A DNA stretch of 26,828 nt from Selaginella moellendorffii (lineage: Eukaryota; Plantae; Lycopodiophyta). Under the pieces are notes generated by a model. It did not search any database and was not told the DNA's origin. It was given only the letters and a program-made list of their open reading frames with translations. The position numbers and the translations under genes are program-made. This document shows positions 8,162 through 18,300 of this stretch, piece after piece (the first letter of the stretch is position 1; the number at the start of each line of letters is the position of its first letter). The stretch is taken from assembly GCF_000143415.4 (NCBI RefSeq), contig NW_003314382.1:432438-459265 (forward strand). Direction: 5' to 3'.

Positions 8162-11100
8162 ATGGCCTTCAGGGTTGGGGAAAAGGTTTACATTTTGAAT
8201 GGTGGGAAGAGAGTTGCAAAAGGGACCCTTGTGTCTATGGATCGGAACTTTGTTATACACTGTCAAAGGCAAGGCAATGCTGCTGTATCAGTAGAGACTG
8301 TCTTCGATGGGAATGTGGTCGCTATTGAACGAGGAGAGATGGTCGTCGGGGTAAATGTTGTTGTTGCCTTGAAAAATCTTCAAAAGAAAGCAGATGTTGG
8401 GGACAGCGCAAGTGCGACGCATGTTCCCTCTGTGGATCTTAAGAACCGTGCTACATGGATTCAGGCAAAAGTGTTTCTAAACAACCCCGAGGGGGAGGTG
8501 GTAGCTGAGGGCTTAGCCACAGTTGTCGATCCAAGAGATGCGGTTGCTAATCAAGAATTGGGCTGGGATGATATTGGAGTTGCGATTTTAGAGGTTGTTG
8601 ACACAGAAGAAAACAGTCTGACTATTGGAAGCATTGTGCGGTGGAAATTGAGGCACTTAGTGTTTGAGAATGTGAAGGATTCACAATCAAACACCACTAC
8701 AACTGATGACAGAACATCTCTTCATGGGAAAAGAAAGTACACCTTCCTAAAGCGCAGCCAAAGGGATCTGAGCAACGAACCGAAAAGGCAGAAAATGGCG
8801 ATGGAGGTTCGAATGGTCTCGACAGTTGCTTGTTGCAAGAGGAGGTGCTGTCAACATGCTGATTGGGATGCTATTGAAGAGGAGAGAGCAAGATACAAGA
8901 CATTGTCCTGGAAGGCAGCTCGCAATTTTGTGTATGAGGCATTACGGTCATCTGTTGATGCTTCAGAACATCAGGTGGGGGGCATGGTCTTCCAGAGGGG
9001 TTTGGTCTGCATGAAGGCATGGAGAATCATTTATGGAGTCCCTCGAACCACATTCTACAGAATCAAAACTGAGTTCGAGGAACAAAGGGTTCAACAGGCA
9101 GTCCATGGGAACGACGGTACGCACAAAACCAGGGGTCATGTTGTATATGGAGAGGCAATCTTCAAGAGGTTTGTCGAGACATGTAGCGAGCAGCAACCAC
9201 ATAAAACCCGCCTCTTGGAAGATGGAACACGAGACACCCAACGAGTTCTCCCTTCCATGTATACCAAGGGGGCCATATTGGAAGATGTGAATCGGGAACT
9301 CCAGAGTAATGGCTACAGGAAGCTGAGCCAATCTAGATTTAGTAGATTGTGGAGCAACAGGTTCAGGGATGTGAGTATAGGAAAGTACTCCAGCTTTTCA
9401 AAGTGTGACGAGTGCACTGCTATCAAAATGGCTTTGTCGAAGAATTCTTGCAGCGCTCAAGAGCGAGAGACGTTGGTTAGAAGGCGGCTCGACCACAACA
9501 TCGAGCAGAGAAGCTGCAGGACTGCATATTATCATAACAGGATTCTCTCCATGGAGAGACCTGACTCTTACCTCTGCATCATCCACGACAAAATGGACCA
9601 GAAAAAGACGTGCTTACCTCGACTCAATCCTGCCCCCAAGGCAATCTCTTCATCCATGCAGCTGCCTGTGTCTCTGTTTGGCATAATCGCTCATGGGCAT
9701 GGTGCCCAGAACTATGGGAACTTCTTTGTACCTCTATGGGGTGGCAGGGGTGCAAACATGATGATTGCGTCCCTAGCAAAACACTTAAGGTCTCTGCAAA
9801 GTGCGCAGACTGAGCTGAACGGCCAACCCTTGCATAAGGCCCTTGTCGATCGAACCCCATACAGGGTTCAGCTGGAGGAGGAGCAAAGGCTTGCAGTATC
9901 GCGTGGGGCCCCATGCCATCCCAGTGAATATGTTGGCCGTCAGATTGTAGGGTTATCACGTGAGGCCTCATGCCATTCCGACGAGGCTGGTCGCCCGGTG
10001 AATGCACAGCCTCATCCAAACGAAGCAGAATCTCAAGGAAGTTCTTGCGGCCGATGTGGCCTTCCACCCCATCTTCTGCTCCAAACAGACAATGCTGGCA
10101 GTGAGAACAAAAACATGTACGTCTTCGCGTACTTGGCGATGCTTGTTGCCAAAGGCATATTTGAAACGGTTACACTTGGCTTTCTCATGGTTGGGCACAC
10201 TCATGAAGACGTCGATGCCATGTTCAGTCACCTGGCAGAGTCCCTCCGGCGATCCAATGTCCTCACCCTCCCACAACTCTACGATGAATTCCAAAATTGC
10301 ATCAAAGGCACTGTTGAAGCTGCACTTCTGACAGAGGTTCCAGACTTTAAGGGGTTTGTAAGAGGCTACATCAGGGATGGATCCGAAACGCTGATTGGCC
10401 ACTCCAAGCCTCTTCAGTTTCATTTCAGCATGTGTGACGGTGCTCCAGTGATGAGGTACAAGATGAGAGAATGGGACACAGTGTGGCTGCCAGTGGACGG
10501 CATTGAACTCTTCAAGAGAGATCCCATAACTGGGGAACCTATGATTCCTCAGGGTTCCCCACGGCCGATGCACCCGGATGGACTCAAAGACCAGGAAAGT
10601 ATAGTGGCCGGGATTAGACAGCATATTGCCTTCTGGAAGAGGGGGTTGGTGTTTGGTGGAGAATCCTATTTTCAGAGGTGCAAGCCTTTGCTCGAATACT
10701 GGGAGAAGATTATATCTGCTATCCAAAATGGGCCGGTTGTATATGAAGAATTGGAAGAGTCCTTTTGGCCAGAACCCAGAGCACCAGATAGTAGCGGAAC
10801 AATGTCCTCTGGAAATGCAGTGACAGATAACGATGTTGAGGATCACTATTGTGGGCCGAGGAACAAGAAGCCGGATTCAGCATTCAATCCAGTACAGGTC
10901 TGCAAAGGAATGGTCGTGCTTGTCAGACCCAGTAATAAAAAACAAATGATATGGGTGGGGCGCTGCATCACTGATGCAGAGGAGGACGCGGAAACTAACT
11001 CCTTCAATGTAACTGTGGAGTGGTTCAAGCCAAGTTCCGGATATACGAAGGATTGCCTAGAAAAGAGATGGGTGCTGAATCCAAGGGATCCCAGCATGAG

Positions 11101-11297
11101 CATATCGGTGGATAATGTTGTGCATGGTTGGATGCGGAAGCAGAGTGCCACCATCACCTTGCCAGACCATGCAAGAGATGCAGCAAGAGCATTCATAACT
11201 CGGGTTCAAGGTGAGATTCATTAATATTCCTTTACAAAGTTTCTAATGTATTTTATTTCAAGGTGAACAATCCGAATCTGAATCAGAGGAGGCTTGA
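8162..11297 (+). CDS. Sola1-like (DUF7869-type) DDD transposase with N-terminal tandem Tnp1/En-Spm-like SH3 domains and a C-terminal BAH/Tudor-like domain, about 1027 aa
   Basis: 1020-aa ORF with CCKRRC..C and KCDEC cysteine clusters, IIHDKMDQKK, LLLQTDNAGSENKN and FLMVGHTHEDVDAMFS. These motifs are typical of this transposase group. A splice acceptor (..CTTTCAG, 8160) lies just before the ATG. A probable last intron at 11211-11262 (52 nt) adds GEQSESESEEA* ending at 11297. Confidence 0.8.
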
Positions 11298-11512
11298 TAT
11301 AGTGTGTGAGGTAAAACAAAGATGATGTGACATATGCATTTACCAATCACACGTGCATAAATCTAATAATATGGCGTGTGGCCCATATTAATGGCACATA
11401 AACCCATATTGTGGGCTTACGTGCTTTATGTACCATCATTCCCTTGCAGCGTGTGTGTTGGTTTCCTTTTATAACACAACGAACTCCATATTTTAGGGTG
11501 AAGAGCGTTCTC

Positions 11513-11770
11513 ATGGCAAGCACAAAATCTGTAAGTGAGGCAGAAAAGGAGACGGAGAAGGAGATAGGTGAAGATGTAGAATATATAAGTCTTCCAAACT
11601 CCCCGTACTATACTCCAGGTGATCATTTTTCTGAACAAACGGCAACATTAACAACTATCGAGAATGCCCCAGTAACGTCAGAGACAACAATCCAAAGCAA
11701 AACAACTGACCCGGAGAAGGATGATAGTACCGTTGAGAGTACCAAAAAGGAGGTGTCCACTAGCGCTTAG
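11513..11770 (+). CDS. Possible small acidic Ser/Thr-rich ORF or alternative 3' exon of the transposase transcript (85 aa)
   Basis: ATG at 11513 follows a TTTTAG acceptor at about 11496, with a donor-like GAG|GTAAAA at 11311. Biased E/T/S/K composition and no recognisable domain. Confidence 0.3.
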   Translation: MASTKSVSEAEKETEKEIGEDVEYISLPNSPYYTPGDHFSEQTATLTTIENAPVTSETTIQSKTTDPEKDDSTVESTKKEVSTSA

Positions 11771-12706
11771 GCTTATAATGGCGTGTGCCCTCATGCCATT
11801 TACTTGATCACCAAATACTTTTTTCCCTTTGCACTAGTATATCTTAATACCGGTCTGAGAAATAGAATGGCATGTGCCCTCAGGCCTTTTACTAAATCAC
11901 CTTTGAAAGAAATGCAAGCCTCTATGTCGTAAAAAAAAGGTACTAGAGAAATTCCTTAATAATATGAATGTTATTTAGTTTCATGAAAATACACTAAGGG
12001 TCAAATGAGTTAAATGACTTCTCCAGACTAGCAATGCCTCTTGCTACACCTTCACAATTAGATTCGTTAGAAAAAGATAACATTGAATAATATCTAAATG
12101 TTCTCACCATTAAGTTATATGTCTGGCTAATAGGAATGATGTTCATCTTGGAAAGCTCACCACACGCTCAATGAACAAACAAATAGTGTGTGCGCGCATG
12201 CCATCGCTCTTCTTTAGCTTCAGATTCGGCTTGTTCACCTTGACAATGAGATTTATTATACAACTAGATGGACTCAGTCTGGACATAAGGTCACCGCGCT
12301 AGTCACCATGCCCCAGATATGTCTAGCCCCTGGACAAAAAACATATAATTTCACGTCATTTTCAAATACTTGAAAATTTGTACCTAGTCCCATTTTACTG
12401 AATAAATCCCACTTTAACGAAATAGAGCTTACTACAAGGAAATATAAACCACATTATAGTGGTAGGATATGCTAGAGCATTTTTATTAATAGTGACAGTG
12501 ATCTCTATATTTTCGAATGGGTAATAAAGATTAAGAGTGTAAATTGTGGAAGTGAAGGTACTTATATGTTTTAATATTTTAAAGTTCATCAAAACCTTCA
12601 TTTCTTCAATTTAAATTTCTTATATAAAACTTTTAGTTGATTGCATTAACTTACATTGACTTATGTTAGATTGAGCTCAACTTAATTTTGAACCATCCCC
12701 CCCCCC

Positions 12707-12921
12707 TGTTATGATCCGGCGCAAAAAGACAGAGATCTAGTCGCCCTATACTATGCTATGCCACCTCTTGAGGTTCCTCACCACCCAACCACCCCCGAGC
12801 TACCTCAAAAGCTCCACTGCGCCGCTGTTCCACTGTAGTCCCTTACCCTAACATGCCTTAATATACCCTTGAGCCTCCCTTTGACCGATGTTGACCACGT
12901 AGTCAAAGCTGGCGCCTAACA
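12707..12921 (-). repeat. 3' LTR of the outer Gypsy element (215 bp)
   Basis: TGTTATGATCCGG...CCTAACA; matches 24794-25008. Confidence 0.95.
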
Positions 12922-12934
12922 ATTCTTCCCCCCC
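12922..12934 (-). other. Polypurine tract of the outer Gypsy element
   Basis: GGGGGGGAAGAAT on the minus strand, abutting the 3' LTR. Confidence 0.9.
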
Positions 12935-12995
12935 AACAAAGTCCTTGTCCCAAGGACGAGTTGTACCGGTGATGACCCTTTCTGGGGAACCCTGC

Positions 12996-13672
12996 TCAAG
13001 CTCCTGGTCCATCTTCCATAGCCGTGTACATCAAGGAGGCATTGGGCCCGTCACTCCAAGATAGTACACCTTTCAACTGGCTGACATAAAATACCGGATG
13101 AATTTTCACCCCAGTTGGCAGCCGCACCTGATAAGCCGCTTTACCAATGCGCTCCAGCACTTCATATGGACCAGCATATCGATGACTCTTCCCTGTCCGT
13201 AAAGGCACCAAGGTGTTCCGCCGCTCACTTGACGGAAAGATCACTCGCACAAAGACGAGATCACCCACTTTATATTCCCGGAATTGGCGATGCTCATTAG
13301 CAAACTTCTCCGCTTTATCCTGAGCTGCTTGCAAATTCCATTTGCACACCACCAAAATCTCATCAAGTTCTGTGGCCAAATCAGTCGCCCCGGAATCAAG
13401 CTTATCTTGAATGTCCTTACTCAAATGCAAACCCAACTCCACCGCTGTTCGAGGATGCATTCCAAACATGGCAAAATAAGGACTTAGCTTGGTTCCACTG
13501 TGTTGGCTATTGTTGTAAGCAAACTGCACCAACGGAAGATATAGATCCCACTGTCCTTGCCTTTGACCAATGCTACAACGTAGCATATCCTCCACCACCT
13601 GATTCACGTGCTCGGTTTGCCCATCCGTCTGAGGATGATCTCCACTCGAGAGTTTCAAAGTCACTTGCATAG
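12996..13672 (-). pseudogene. Integrase C-terminal half (core E motif and GPY/F module) of the outer element
   Basis: LSSGDHPQTDGQTEHVNQVVEDMLR, VQFAYNNS, YAGPYEVLERIGKAAYQVRLP, HPVFYVSQLK. No intact chromodomain seen. Confidence 0.92.
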
Positions 13673-15383
13673 TGTGAGACACAAAATCCCTAAGCCCCAA
13701 AGTGGAGCCGGAAGGGCGCCACATGGTAGTTGCCAAAGCGAGAGCCAAACGAGCGTAACACGTTTGGACCAAAAGCTCCGACTTGAAAAGTCAAGAGCGG
13801 GAGTGGAACTCCCAACGAAGTGCTCGAGGAACGAGCACGAAGCGAGCAAAAGGCAAGGCTCCAAAAAGGGACCCAAAAGGACCAACACATGACACGTGGG
13901 AGTGTCCGAGATGGACTCGAGTTGGAGTCCGAAGTGGAGTCCGAGATGGACCCGAGTTGGAGTCCGAAGTGGAGTCCGAGATGGACCCGAGTTGGAGTCC
14001 GAAGTGGAGTCCGAAGTGGAGTCCGAGGTGGACCCGAGATGGACCCGAGTTGGAGTCCGAAGTGGAGTCCGAGATGGACCCGAGATGGAGTCCGAGATGG
14101 AGTCCGAGATGGAGTCCAAGATGGAGTCCGAGATGGACCCGAGATGGAGTTCGAGATGGAGTCCGAGATGGACCCGAGATGGAGTCCGAGATGGAGTCCG
14201 AGATGGAGTCCGAAGTCGAGACCGAGACCGGGACCGAGACCGAGACTGAGACCGAGATCGGGACCGAGACCGAGACCGAGGCCGAGGCCGAGGCCGAGAC
14301 TGAGCCCGAGCCCGAGTCCGAGTCCGAATCCGAGTCCGAGTCCGAGTCCGAGTCCGAGTCCGAGTCCGAGTCCGAGTCCGGAGCCTGAGAGGGTGAAAGC
14401 CCAAAGCGTTCGTCTCCCAAACCCTAGGGGGTTTGGTGAGCTCCGAAAGTATAGTAGGGGGAGGACTGCAGTGGAGCCAGTTTGGCCAGGAAAGGCCAGT
14501 TTGGCCCAGGAAGGCCGGACCCAGTGTTGGGTGATGAGCTGCCCACTGGGAAGTCCAAGATTAGAGTGAACACAGACCGACAAGCAGGGTAGCTTGGTGA
14601 AGTGTTCAAGAGCCGGCTCTAGTTCCCCCGGGAGATCGACTGGCCGATGCTCCCAGTCCAAGTGTGGGTGGCACTACCTACTTGGATACCTGGTGTGGCT
14701 CAACGAAACCCTCTCTAAGCCCATGGCTAGAGCACCCAAGGGCAGAAGGCGAGGAGAGTACCCAGGTGGCTCGCGTAAGGCCACGGTGTTCCGAAATGTT
14801 GTCCCAAAGGCCCAGACTGTGGAAAGGAAGAGGAGCAGTCCTCTGGGGTAGTGACCAAGGACACAGTCGTGTGGTGAGGAAGTCCCAGAGGACCGTGGGA
14901 CTTAGTGGTCGGGCCTGTGGGTCTCGATCCAGTGGCAGTGTTGGCAAACACGGCCAGGGGCAGAAAGGGACTTAGTGGGGACTGACAGAGGGATATTGGG
15001 GAAGGCTATTCCCCTTGTCGGTGGGCATCCTAAGGATGCTAAGGAGTGGATCTGAGATGACCACTCACGGATGGTTTGCTTAGTCTTGGAGAGCCAAGAC
15101 GGTGATGCAAGTGGTATTGGACTACCAGTGTGGCAAAGGTGATTGGGCATGGCCTTAGCGTAACGGGCTGCTATGTCGGTGGTACCTTTGAGTGTCGATC
15201 ATGGGATCGGACACGTGGTGCACTTGGACCAAGTGCAAATGTTGAGTGGCATGGATGCCATTCTCGGGGCTAGCAAGTCCCAAGTCCTGGATTGGACTTA
15301 TGGAGGTTGTGAATGAGACTCTTCCAAGTGGTCAGAGGTGTGGTTAAGTGACTAAAGTAGAATGGAAAATTTAGTCCCTTACA
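13673..15383 (+). repeat. 5' LTR of the nested element (1711 bp)
   Basis: TGTGAGACAC...GTCCCTTACA; near-identical to 19484-21101. Confidence 0.95.
13904..14380. repeat. Compound minisatellite/microsatellite in the LTR (GGAGTCCGAGAT / GGACCCGAGAT 11-12-mers grading into CCGAGA/CCGAGG/CCGAGT hexamers)
   Basis: Read directly from the sequence; explains the stop-free low-complexity ORFs in this interval. Confidence 0.95.
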
Positions 15384-15386
15384 ATT

Positions 15387-15398
15387 TGGTATCGGAGC
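15387..15398 (+). other. Primer-binding site (tRNA-iMet-like) of the nested element
   Basis: TGGTATCGGAGC, 3 nt after the LTR; one mismatch to canonical TGGTATCAGAGC. Confidence 0.9.
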
Positions 15399-18300
15399 TG
15401 TTCCTTAGTCCGACTTTTATTGGTGCTCAAGTATATCACCACTGGTGTTGGCAACGGAAGGTCCGAGAAGTGGGCTTATCCTTGAGGAGTAGCAGGTCGG
15501 GAAGATATGGCTCTCCATTACAGTTCATGTGTGAACTTGTAGACAAGATGGTGGATAGAAAAGGGCCAATAATGGAACGACTTTGGGATCTTGGGAACAG
15601 TATATGGTTTTCCTCAAAGAGTTGAGGATGTGATCCAGATGAGCATTTGACTTAGCAAACTGGCTAATGTAGTTGTGGTAAACAACTACAGTTGGGATCA
15701 CGGGAAAGATAAAGACTCCAAAGCAATAAAGGAGTCACAAGATTTTCCTCATATAGTTGAGGTTGGTGCTCATGAATGTGAGACCAGAAGTAATGACCGT
15801 GGGAGGTCAAATACGGAAGAGGACTCAAGTCCTTGAAATGGTAGCCGGGGCTACCTCTAATAAATGCCGGAACAACCCAAGGAGTTGGGGGTGTATTAAG
15901 CGGATGAGTTGGTGTTCTCATCACATGGACAAGTAGTCCTAAGGGGCAAAGGTTGCCCCCAGAGAACAAAATCAAGTGTCGGAGTAACACTTGTGAAAAT
16001 AGTCCTTTTGAGTAGGACAGGAATGCAAGAAGTGTATTCCAATGAGGTAGTGCCTCACAAGTGGGACCTTATGGGTCTGTGGATTAACCAAGTCCAAAAC
16101 TGCTGAATGACTCAAGTAGAGTCAACGGATGGTCCTAAAAGGACTGATGGAAGCATTTGGACTGAGGTATGTTGTACCCCACAAAGGATGGGGGGGGATC
16201 ATAGGATCCAAGGATGAGAACAAAGGGTATCTCATCGATGGCAAAATGTGCCATGCTAAAGTTATGGGAAAGGTGTTCCCAGAAGAAAACAACTTTGACA
16301 TAAAGTTGTGTGTGACCTCTATGGTGCAGTGCTAACGGATGGTTGGCATGAGAAAGAGCGGTGTTGGTCTTGGCAAAGACTTAGACACGAAGGGGAAATA
16401 TCATAGAGGTAGACTCGTGGAGCTGATGGTGTGGAGACACCAAATGTGCCAAGGTGTGATACCTTGAGGCTATGTTGGTGGGTTCATGAGAACCCCTTGC
16501 CAAAGGAATCCCAATGGAAATGGGAATAGCATAGCCTAAGCTGCAGAGCATGCAGTTGGAGTATGGTGACCCAGATAATGATGGAGGTGTGAAAGCACCA
16601 AGCAATGAGTTGTAGGACTTGACAACTATGAGGCAACTAAGCAAGAGATGCAAAATAACTGGTTAAACGGGTAGAAGGTAGCTACCCAAGACTTCTTAAT
16701 AGCATAGGGAAGTTGGATATACCCTTACGGGGGATAAGTTGCTTGTGTTGCGATATAGTAAGTCAATGTCATAAAAGGAAATACTCATTGTCAAGAAAGC
16801 CATCATTGGGACACCCGAACACTCTAGAACACTAGAAGGTGGTGTTTGATGTCGCGAGGGCAATGGATAAAGCCCAAGGGACTAAGTCCCTAGCGAATGA
16901 TGAATAGAAGGTGCTATCCAAATGTCCAAGGTTGCGGAGACAGGAGAGGACTGTCTACCCGAGTTGGACAAAGCCAAAAATGAAATTTTGGCAAGGCTAG
17001 TGATGGGCATGTAAAGGCCCATAAGCAACAATGTAATCCCAGTGTGTGGGATTATAAGGTGAGCATACCCGGATTGAGGAACCACTCCCTAGGCTATTGG
17101 GTAGGTTCATCCCTAAGAATACTTGCTAAAGCATGATAGAAAGTGCAAAGCTATCCTCCTGGTCTGGAGGAGAATGACCAAAGGAAAGGTGTGAAGCCAA
17201 AAAGCAAGAAGTAAGGGGATAAAACTGAACCGTAGGAATTAAAGGGCATAACCAAGGTTGGTTATGCCAGCTGGGAGTGGAGAATCAAGTGGGGGCTTGA
17301 GGGTGTTGCCGCTAGCAACCGTGATGCCATGGAGAGTCTAAAATATGGAATTGTCCATGTTAGACTATGTGGCATTTGGAAGGCTTGCAAAAAGGGAGGC
17401 CTTAGCAAGCTGAGGGACAAAGTTCCTTCAAGGTTCCCAAAGACGATTCTAGGTAGCTTAGTACCTAGAAAGGCCAAGTGTAAATGGTTTATGGAACGCG
17501 CGAAATCAGAGTGGCGCAGCAGAAGCGTGGTCTTGAAGCTTGCCATGAGGCAAGGCTATCAAGGTTAGGGAAGTAGTTCCCAAGTGTTCAAGGAGAGGGC
17601 TTTGAACGAAAGTCGATGGTCAAGGACTTTCACGCTTATGCAGGAACCATGTTACAGTGGTCGGAGGACTTGCCAAGCGAGATTGGCACGTCGGGGGAAC
17701 AAATACCCTAGTTGAAGGTGATAACTTCAAAAAGGGTGGGCCATGGGGCCGAGCATGGAGGAGTCCATGCATGATCACAGACATGTCAAGTGAGAGGACT
17801 TGGCAGTGTGGAGGAACTAGGTTCCTAAGCTGTGATCTGTAGCACGCTTTAAAAATAAGTTGGTGCACCGGCGTGGGGAGTCACGCCAGGCATCTTGTGT
17901 GATGCCGTCTGTAGATGCATATACGGAGGTTGGGTTCGAGTCCCAACCCTCTAGTGCTTGGGTTCGAGTCCCAAATCACTAGGGCGTGGTGATGGTTTGG
18001 AATATGAGGACACTCATATTTCGGTGGTCATGGACTCTCAGTGGGGAGACTGGTTTGGGCACACCGCCAAGCGAGGGATGCCTCGGAGTCGTGATGCACG
18101 GTTAGATTGCTTAGTGTGAAAGCTCAGCATATCTAACTTGAACGCTTTGGTGCAAGTGGCACCAAGGTCGTGGTGAGTGAGATGGGGACACCTAATCTCA
18201 GTTGCTATGAACCCTTGGCCGTAAAGGCTGGCTTGGGTGCACCGCCAAGTGTGGGGGATGCCCCCGGGGTTATAGTCAACAACTTGGAGGTCTAGAAGAC

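Larger units (their letters stand above)
336..12204. repeat. Dispersed 22-bp palindromic repeat family, consensus ATGGCRTGWGGCCWCAYGCCAT, about 28 copies
   Basis: Copies start at 336, 411, 1638, 1829, 1970, 3442, 4719, 4779, 4856, 5689, 5824, 5983, 6062, 6926, 6998, 7034, 7646, 7744 (partial), 7782, 7952, 7988, 8058, 9898, 9955, 11371 (partial), 11778, 11867, 12183. Copies at 411-432 and 7782-7803 are perfect palindromes. Confidence 0.95.
1..12412. mobile_element. Large cut-and-paste DNA transposon, Sola1-like; left end outside the window, right end approximate
   Basis: Intact DDD-type transposase ORF and a divergent second gene. One 22-bp palindrome family spans 336-12204 and is absent from the rest of the window. 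Composition shifts to AT-rich after ...GTCCCATTTTACTGAATAAATCCCAC (12412), a candidate terminus. TIR and TSD cannot be confirmed without the left end. Confidence 0.65.

Noticed and set aside
9624-11196. Minus-strand ORFs (147, 292, 116 aa)
   Set aside because: They are antisense to the transposase and have no recognisable motifs.
336-12204. CRISPR-like array made of the 22-bp palindromes
   Set aside because: Spacing is highly irregular (tens to over 1800 bp), copies lie in introns and exons, there are no cas genes, and the context is eukaryotic.
12837-12846. AGTCCCTTAC shared by the outer LTR and the end of the nested LTR
   Set aside because: A 10-bp match between elements in opposite orientation; chance cannot be excluded.
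12935-13030. Chromodomain at the end of the Gypsy integrase
   Set aside because: No aromatic-cage pattern visible and too little space before the PPT; deleted or absent.
13661-14661. 200-320 aa ORFs in all frames (also 19421-20379)
   Set aside because: They are translations of the LTR satellite, with no domain content.
15248-15261. TGGCATGGATGCCA in the nested LTRs as a member of the 22-bp family
   Set aside because: It is shorter, lacks the central segment and belongs to an unrelated element.
17900-17990. tRNA gene
   Set aside because: Only T-arm-like hairpins; I could not build an acceptor, D or anticodon arm.
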